DNA of 42,793 nt from a virus (Duplodnaviria > Heunggongvirae > Uroviricota > Caudoviricetes): IMG/VR virus record IMGVR_UViG_2667527787_000008; one strand, 5' to 3'. Under the pieces are notes generated by a model. It searched no databases. It was not told the DNA's origin and worked only from the letters and a program-made list of their open reading frames with translations. The position numbers were made by a program, and so were the translations under genes. Shown here piece after piece: positions 37,298-42,793 of this stretch (its first letter is position 1; every line of letters starts with the position of its first letter).

Positions 37298-38497
37298 ATG
37301 GCCCTCAATTTGGACACGCTCGGCTTATCGGCAACGGTAACCGCTGAGGGGATCAGCGCGCCTGATTACCAGACAATACTGGACACCCTGACCAACTACT
37401 TTAAGCAGATATATGGCAGCGATGCTTATCTGGATCCTGACAGCAAAGACGGGCAGATGGTGGCGCTGGTGGCCCTGGCTATTCACGATGCTAACAACAC
37501 GGCCATTGCTGTTTACAACAGCTTTTCGCCTGCCACCGCTTATGGCGCAGGGCTGAGCAAGAACGTGAAAATAAACGGTATTAAAAGGAGAACGGCTACC
37601 AACTCAACGGTTGATTTGCTGCTTACCGGCGCGGCCGGTACGACCATTTCGAATGGCTCCGTCAGGGATAAGAATGGCCTGGTCTGGAGCATGCCGGCTT
37701 CCGTGGTAATTGGTTTAGACGGGACGGCGACGGTCACTGCCACCTGCTCAAATAGCGGCGCAGTGGCCGCGCTGTCCGGAACGGTCACGACCATTAACAC
37801 ACCGACCCGCGGCTGGACTTCGGTAACTAACCCCGCGGCGGCCACCGTCGGATCCCCGGCGGAAACCGACGCAGAGCTGCGCATCCGGCAGGGGCAGAGT
37901 GTCGCGCTACCCTCCATCACGCCGTTTGAAGGGGTGGACGGCGCGATAGTGAACGTTGCAGGGGTTACACGTCACAAGCTCTACGAGAATGATACCGGCA
38001 CGACCGACAGTAATGGGCTGCCGCCACACTCTATCTCTGCCATCGTGGATGGCGGCGATCTGACTGAAATCGCCCAGGCCATCCGGGGCAATAAGGGGCA
38101 GGGGGTGTCAACGTATGGTGCGACAGCCGTCACGGTGCCGGATAAATACGGTAATCCCCATGTGATTCGCTTCTCCCGGTCAACGGATGTTCCTATTTAT
38201 GGACATATAACGCTGAAAGCTTTCGCGGGTTACACATCACAAATAGGTAAGGAGATTCAGCAGGCCGTTGCGGATTACATCAACGACCTGACGATCGGTG
38301 ATTCGGTGCTGCTGAGCCGCATTTATTCACCTGCCAACCTCGGGGTGGTCAGCGGCGGTAGCGCGCGTTATTACGACATCCAGGAATTACTCATCGGTAA
38401 ATCAGCAGGATCCGTAGCATCGGCAAACATAACCATAGCCTACGACGAATCAGCTTCATGTAAACCGGCAAACATCGTTATCACGGTGACGTCATGA
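37298..38497 (+). CDS. Baseplate J-like protein
   Basis: 399 aa ORF upstream of the tail-fibre genes (position of e14 jayE and Mu gp47). Confidence 0.65.
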   Translation: MALNLDTLGLSATVTAEGISAPDYQTILDTLTNYFKQIYGSDAYLDPDSKDGQMVALVALAIHDANNTAIAVYNSFSPATAYGAGLSKNVKINGIKRRTATNSTVDLLLTGAAGTTISNGSVRDKNGLVWSMPASVVIGLDGTATVTATCSNSGAVAALSGTVTTINTPTRGWTSVTNPAAATVGSPAETDAELRIRQGQSVALPSITPFEGVDGAIVNVAGVTRHKLYENDTGTTDSNGLPPHSISAIVDGGDLTEIAQAIRGNKGQGVSTYGATAVTVPDKYGNPHVIRFSRSTDVPIYGHITLKAFAGYTSQIGKEIQQAVADYINDLTIGDSVLLSRIYSPANLGVVSGGSARYYDIQELLIGKSAGSVASANITIAYDESASCKPANIVITVTS

Positions 38498-39174
38498 GTA
38501 GGTACACGGATCTAATCACTAACTACCACGCCACTAAGCCGAAATACCTCGATCACATCGATCTTAGTACCCGTCCCCTGATTGATATCACGTCAGCCAC
38601 AAGGGGCCTGGTGAGTGCGTTTGACATTGATACGGCTGTTGGCGTGCAACTCGATATTCTCGGACTCTGGATTGGACGTAGCCGTATAGTCAGCCAGCCC
38701 ATTAGTGGCGTTTATTTCAGTTGGGACACGGAGGGGCTCGGATATGACCAGGGCGTATGGCAGGGGCCATATGATCCTGACTCCGGCTATACGACGCTTA
38801 GCGATGATACCTATCGCACTATTCTGAAAGCAAAAATCGCTATTAACAACTGGGACGGGCGTAACGACTCGCTTCCGGACATTCTTGACACTGCCACAGT
38901 GGGTTCGGGCCTGAAGATGCAGATCGTCGACAATCAGGACATGACGATATCGGTCTGGGTATTTCCCGAGACTGATATTTCTGATGTGTCTCTCGAACTG
39001 ATCGCCGCTATCAAACAGGGCTATCTCACCGTTAAAGCCGCTGGCGTCTGGGCCGGTGATGTTGAAATGCCTTCGGTTGAAACACCGTCCGAAGGAACAA
39101 AATTCTTTGGATTTGACATGGATAACGAATACATCGCCGGTTTTGATGACGGCGCATGGGGGAGATTACTTTAA
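38494..39174 (+). CDS. Baseplate/tail protein (I-like, position of e14 ymfQ)
   Basis: 226 aa ORF, overlaps the upstream stop; precedes the tail fibre. Confidence 0.5.
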   Translation: MSRYTDLITNYHATKPKYLDHIDLSTRPLIDITSATRGLVSAFDIDTAVGVQLDILGLWIGRSRIVSQPISGVYFSWDTEGLGYDQGVWQGPYDPDSGYTTLSDDTYRTILKAKIAINNWDGRNDSLPDILDTATVGSGLKMQIVDNQDMTISVWVFPETDISDVSLELIAAIKQGYLTVKAAGVWAGDVEMPSVETPSEGTKFFGFDMDNEYIAGFDDGAWGRLL

Positions 39175-39953
39175 TGGCTGGAACTAATGATTTTAAAGCG
39201 TTTGCGACAGATGCTAATGCAAATGTTACCTCGCAGGAGGAATGGGAGACGCTAACCGCACTGAAGAAAGGATTCTCCTCGGGTAAAGCATCCAGCGCAC
39301 AGGTCAGTAAAGCGCTGCGCCAACCGTCGACGATGGCGGCTGTACTGGGGCAGTTTATCGCGAACGCCGAACTGGACGCGCTCGATGATGGTGACGTTGA
39401 TGGACTGGTGGCAAAGCTGGCGACAGCGATTACCACAAACCTTGGTTTGGGAGAAGGCTCAGCATTACCCGTTGGCGTACCTGTTCCGTGGCCTTCAGCC
39501 ACACCGCCGACAGGCTGGCTGAAATGCAACGGTGCCGCTTTTTCTGCTGAAGAATACCCGGAACTGGCAAAGGCTTACCCGACAAATAAATTGCCTGATT
39601 TACGTGGTGAGTTTATTCGTGGCTGGGATGACGGGCGTGGAGTGGATAGCGGTCGTACTTTATTAACGAATCAAGAGCATGCAGTAATTTCTCATAATCA
39701 TGGAATACCTACAAAAGTGGGGTCAGTTACTAATATCCCGTATGGAATAGAACAGGTTATATCTGATGAAACCATTTTTTCATCAGCAAAAACAGTTGGT
39801 GTGGATTACTGGTCTAACAGTGAAAGAGTTTTTACTTATACCTCTGGTGGAAGAAATGGTGCTGAATCAGTGAGTTCACCTGATGCCTCCTCTTTAATTA
39901 AAGAAACCAGACCACGGAACCTAGCATTTGCGTATATCGTGAGGGCTGCATAA
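39174..39953 (+). CDS. Tail fibre protein (constant N-terminus plus currently expressed variable C-terminus, Sv)
   Basis: GWLKCNGAAFSAEEYPELAKAYPTNKLPDLRGEFIRGWDDGRG tail-collar-type motif; inversion crossover site at codon about 96; AT-rich 3-prime part. Confidence 0.7.
   Translation: MAGTNDFKAFATDANANVTSQEEWETLTALKKGFSSGKASSAQVSKALRQPSTMAAVLGQFIANAELDALDDGDVDGLVAKLATAITTNLGLGEGSALPVGVPVPWPSATPPTGWLKCNGAAFSAEEYPELAKAYPTNKLPDLRGEFIRGWDDGRGVDSGRTLLTNQEHAVISHNHGIPTKVGSVTNIPYGIEQVISDETIFSSAKTVGVDYWSNSERVFTYTSGGRNGAESVSSPDASSLIKETRPRNLAFAYIVRAA
39432..39457. other. Left crossover site of the invertible tail-fibre segment (gix/hix-like)
   Basis: ACCACAAACC-TT-GGTTTGGGAGAA; inner half-site repeated in inverted orientation at the right site. 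Confidence 0.5.
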
Positions 39954-40555
39954 TGGTGAAAGCAAAATTAAACAGTGCGTTTATTGCCACCGTGGCAGGT
40001 GAAATCACTGTGTACAACTACCGGGGCGACACCCGCGAATACATATCCTCATCGGTTGAGTATCTGCCTGTGGGGGTGGGTATTCCTGCCAATTCCTGTA
40101 CCGATGCGCCCGGCACACATAAAGCTGGTTATGCAATCTGCCGTTCTGCAGATTTTAACTCATGGGAATATGTGCCAGACCATCGCGGTGAAACGGTATA
40201 TAGCACTGAAACAGGAGAATCAAAAGAAATCACAGCTCCGGGTGATTACTCTGAAAATACAACTACTATCGCCCCGTTAACGCCATTCGATAAATGGGAT
40301 GGTGAGAAATGGGTGACCGATACTGAGGCACAGCATAGCGCCGCAGTAGACGTGGCAGAAGCACAGCGCCAGTCGCTGATTGATGCTGCTATGGCTTCCA
40401 TCAGTCTGATTCAGCTGAAATTGCAGGCCGGGCGGCAACTGACGCAAGCAGAAATCACTCGCCTTAACGCTGTGCTGGATTACATTGACACGGTGACGGC
40501 AACAGATACCAGCACCGCGCCGGATGTCATCTGGCCTGAACTGCCGGAGGCGTAG
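39953..40555 (+). CDS. Tail fibre assembly protein (Tfa)
   Basis: 200 aa; C-terminal motif LNAVLDYIDTVTATDTSTAPDVIWPELP typical of the tail fibre assembly family. Confidence 0.7.
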   Translation: MVKAKLNSAFIATVAGEITVYNYRGDTREYISSSVEYLPVGVGIPANSCTDAPGTHKAGYAICRSADFNSWEYVPDHRGETVYSTETGESKEITAPGDYSENTTTIAPLTPFDKWDGEKWVTDTEAQHSAAVDVAEAQRQSLIDAAMASISLIQLKLQAGRQLTQAEITRLNAVLDYIDTVTATDTSTAPDVIWPELPEA

Positions 40556-40970
40556 GCCATTCAATATCTGGAGCACTGGAGGTATCAACCAGTTCCAGTG
40601 CGTCCAGATAATCCAGCCACAAATTATATTGCGCCAGTTCCTCACTTTTCAGACGACCAATCGCCGCTTTGCCAGGCCACTGATGAGTATTGATGTAGGT
40701 ATTGACTTCAGAAACCAAAGATATTTTTTTCATTTCAGCCGTCAACACCTCATCCTCTTTTGAAGGGGGTGGGGAATTAATCCATACTGGCCGTCCTGAA
40801 CTGTCAGCGCCAATTTCTTTCCCTTCTGGATGCAGCCCAAGAAATTGCTCATATGTTTCTCTGGTAATTTCAATAACATCATCAGGAAGCGTTCCCGCAT
40901 CCTCATATTCTGGAAACAATTCTTGCAGATAAAAACTTTTACTTCCGGGTGAAAAGAATACTGAGTTCAT
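40527..40970 (-). CDS. Alternative tail fibre assembly protein (Tfa-prime) within the invertible segment
   Basis: 147 aa; C-terminal LWLDYLDALELVDTSSAPDIEWPTPP paralogous to Tfa; convergent with and overlapping tfa. Confidence 0.65.
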   Translation of the reverse strand: MNSVFFSPGSKSFYLQELFPEYEDAGTLPDDVIEITRETYEQFLGLHPEGKEIGADSSGRPVWINSPPPSKEDEVLTAEMKKISLVSEVNTYINTHQWPGKAAIGRLKSEELAQYNLWLDYLDALELVDTSSAPDIEWPTPPAVQAR

Positions 40971-40972
40971 TC

Positions 40973-41425
40973 TTACCGTCCAATGATTAATGCTGAGACG
41001 CTGGTATCTGAAGGAAAGGCTGCATTCAGTGGTTTGTCGACTTTGAACACAATCGTATTATTCCCCCTGACAGCGGCAAAAGAACAAACCGCAGTCGCGT
41101 ATGAACCTGTAATATTACTGGATACACCACCATAAGCTGTTGTTGATACCAGAGGGATAACGCCCAGCACCTTATTAGGAAATACAAAGGGCAATGTGGC
41201 TGTGGCAATATAAGACTTATTAGAACCTGTAATGGCATAAGCATTATCAGTCATTCCATTCATCGCCACCGGGCCGCTTATACTTACAGTAACCATCTGA
41301 ATGATTAGCCCGTCAGGTTGACGAATCACAAAATTTCCATTGCCACCAGTAACCGTCCAGAAAGACATATCAGGGATTTGGTTTTCCCCGTTGCCCACAT
41401 TCCGTTTTGCCGCTTCTCCCAAACC
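40973..41425 (-). CDS. Promoterless alternative tail-fibre C-terminal segment (Sv-prime)
   Basis: Begins with GLGE encoded by GGTTTGGGAGAA, the same as the current junction in the expressed fibre; Gly/Thr/Ser-rich fibre-like composition. Confidence 0.6.
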   Translation of the reverse strand, partial: GLGEAAKRNVGNGENQIPDMSFWTVTGGNGNFVIRQPDGLIIQMVTVSISGPVAMNGMTDNAYAITGSNKSYIATATLPFVFPNKVLGVIPLVSTTAYGGVSSNITGSYATAVCSFAAVRGNNTIVFKVDKPLNAAFPSDTSVSALIIGR

Positions 41426-41439
41426 AACCTTTTTTATAA
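41414..41439. other. Right crossover site of the invertible segment (gix/hix-like)
   Basis: TTCTCCCAAACC-AA-CCTTTTTTATAA resembles Hin/Gin crossover sites; about 60 bp upstream of the invertase start. Confidence 0.5.
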
Positions 41440-41498
41440 CCATCAAAAATCTGGTGATGCTTCGCCGTTTCTCCTGTTTTCATAACAGGAGAAATCCC

Positions 41499-42047
41499 AT
41501 GATTTACGGTTATGCCCGAGTATCAACAAACCACCAGGACACTGAATTGCAACTAACGGCGCTCAAGTCAGCGGGTTGTGAGAAAATTTTTGAAGAGCAT
41601 GCCAGCGGGAGGAAATCGAATCGGCCGGTTCTAAAACGGCTGATCGCCACTATGCAGCCGGGGGATGAACTGGTGGTCTGGAAGCTGGACAGGATAGGCC
41701 GCAACGTTCTGCATGCGCTGTTGATGTTCCAGCAGTTACAGGAAAAGGGTATCAACTTCCGCAGTATTACCGATGGCGTGGATCTCAAAACAGCCAGCGG
41801 CCGCTATAACTTTCGTAACATCCTTTCCGCAGCACAATATGAATCTGATCTTAATAGCGAACGTACCTTAGCAGGGCTGGCCGTAGCCAGGGCAAAAGGG
41901 CGAGTTGGTGGTCGCAGGCCTAAGTTCACGGATGAGCAATGGCGGGAAATGGGGGAGCGGATGGCAACCGGTGAATCACGACAAAGCGTATCAAAAACGT
42001 ATGGAGTAGGGCTCTCAACTCTGTATAAAAAGTTTCCAGCTAGCTGA
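41499..42047 (+). CDS. Serine DNA invertase (Pin/Gin/Hin/Cin family)
   Basis: 182 aa MIYGYARVSTNHQDTELQLTALKSAGCEKIFEEHASG... with catalytic Ser in YARVST and C-terminal HTH; adjacent to the invertible segment. Confidence 0.85.
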   Translation: MIYGYARVSTNHQDTELQLTALKSAGCEKIFEEHASGRKSNRPVLKRLIATMQPGDELVVWKLDRIGRNVLHALLMFQQLQEKGINFRSITDGVDLKTASGRYNFRNILSAAQYESDLNSERTLAGLAVARAKGRVGGRRPKFTDEQWREMGERMATGESRQSVSKTYGVGLSTLYKKFPAS

Positions 42048-42067
42048 TAACGGGAAAGAAACAGAGA

Positions 42068-42105
42068 AGGGCACAAATATTGTGTACTTTAATGTGCCCT
42101 TTAAT
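42068..42105. terminator. Putative bidirectional terminator between invertase and yciI; probable prophage right boundary region
   Basis: Stem AGGGCACA / TGTGCCCT with long loop, T-rich on both sides. Confidence 0.3.
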
Positions 42106-42165
42106 TTATTGATTGGTGGTTGAATTGTCCGTAACTTTTTGATTTAAGTGCAAATTTCTAATAAA

Positions 42166-42462
42166 TTAGAACGCTTTCTTAAATGGTTTCACTGAAACGT
42201 GTTCATAGACTCCTGCCGCTACGTACGGGTCAGCATCGGCCCAGGCCTGAGCTGCTTCCAGCGATTCAAATTCAGCAATAACGGTTGAGCCAGTAAATCC
42301 CGCAGCCCCTGGATCGTTACTGTCTACCGCTGGCATTGGACCAGCTGTCAACAAACGACCTTCATCATGCAGTAACTGTAAACGTGCTAAATGTGCCGGA
42401 CGAACGGAAAGGCGTTTTTCGAGGCTATCAGCTTTGTCTTGAGCGTAAATAACATACAACAC
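42166..42462 (-). CDS. yciI: YciI-like protein (chromosomal)
   Basis: About 98 aa from GTG with AGGAG ribosome-binding site; adjacent to and divergent from tonB as in E. coli. Confidence 0.6.
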   Translation of the reverse strand: MLYVIYAQDKADSLEKRLSVRPAHLARLQLLHDEGRLLTAGPMPAVDSNDPGAAGFTGSTVIAEFESLEAAQAWADADPYVAAGVYEHVSVKPFKKAF

Positions 42463-42604
42463 GGGCACAACTCCTTGTTCGGGAAAGTTGTAAAGTACGT
42501 TATTTGAAAGGGCGAAGATCTGCAACGGAAAGATGATGTCTTTGTTAAGGCCATGCATAAAGTAAGGGTAATTACGCCAAAAATGACATTTTCACTGATC
42601 CTGA

Positions 42605-42650
42605 TCGTCTTGCCTTATTGAATATGATTGCTATTTGCATTTAAAATCGA
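42605..42650 (+). promoter_or_regulatory. tonB promoter region with Fur-box-like sequence
   Basis: TTGAATATGATTGCTATTTGCATTTAAAATCGAGA upstream of the tonB start, AT-rich iron-box-like repeats. Confidence 0.4.
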
Positions 42651-42685
42651 GACCTGGTTTTTCTACTGAAATGATTATGACTTCA

Positions 42686-42793
42686 ATGACCCTTGATTTA
42701 CCTCGCCGCTTCCCCTGGCCGACGTTACTTTCGGTCTGCATTCATGGTGCTGTTGTGGCGGGTCTGCTCTATACCTCGGTACATCAGGTTATT
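42686..42793 (+). CDS. tonB: TonB, N-terminal fragment (truncated by the window end)
   Basis: Translation MTLDLPRRFPWPTLLSVCIHGAVVAGLLYTSVHQVI matches the TonB N-terminal anchor. Confidence 0.85.
   Translation, partial: MTLDLPRRFPWPTLLSVCIHGAVVAGLLYTSVHQVI

Larger units (their letters stand above)
39442..41427. other. Invertible DNA segment (about 2 kb) switching tail-fibre C-terminus and assembly protein
   Basis: Flanked by inverted 14 bp TTGGTTTGGGAGAA; contains Sv plus tfa (+) and tfa-prime plus promoterless Sv-prime (-); Sv-prime is in frame with the constant region after inversion; invertase gene adjacent. Confidence 0.55.
1..42110. mobile_element. Mosaic temperate prophage (lambdoid early/lysis modules, Mu/e14-like contractile tail); left end lies beyond the window, right end approximately 42050-42165
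   Basis: Contiguous integrase, recombination, immunity, replication, nin, Q, lysis, packaging, head, tail and invertase genes, followed by chromosomal yciI and tonB. Confidence 0.85.

Overview
Almost the whole window is one mosaic temperate prophage of about 42 kb, ending next to chromosomal yciI and the start of tonB (E. coli-like host). The strongest candidate for an undescribed system is a low-GC two-gene cassette (93 aa plus a 173 aa tail-anchored coiled-coil membrane protein) co-oriented directly downstream of the repressor and closed by a strong terminator, the position held by rexAB or sieB in other lambdoid phages. Gene order: P4-type integrase; a leftward operon (AlpA/Xis-like, RecT-like annealing protein, RecE-like exonuclease, small zinc-ribbon protein); the DicA-like repressor with that cassette; a rightward Cro-like gene, CII-analog and O-like initiator carrying an intragenic iteron origin; nin-region genes (DUF550-like, DinI-like with LexA box, YbcO-like, RusA, YlcG-like, Q antiterminator); a phage-21/DLP12-like lysis cassette (pinholin, SAR endolysin, Rz/Rz1); terminase small and large subunits, portal, a split Mu F-like head gene, scaffold and major capsid; then a Mu/e14-like contractile tail (sheath, tube, chaperone with a -1 frameshift site, tape measure, baseplate, tail fibre) ending in a Pin-type invertible tail-fibre segment and its invertase. 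Further low-GC morons sit in the nin region, antisense in the head module, between lysis and packaging, and inside the baseplate operon. No rRNA, tRNA or CRISPR array was seen. All calls rest on motifs read from the translations, gene order and remembered family features, not on database searches; hand-derived coordinates (terminators, repeats, refined starts) may be off by a few nt.
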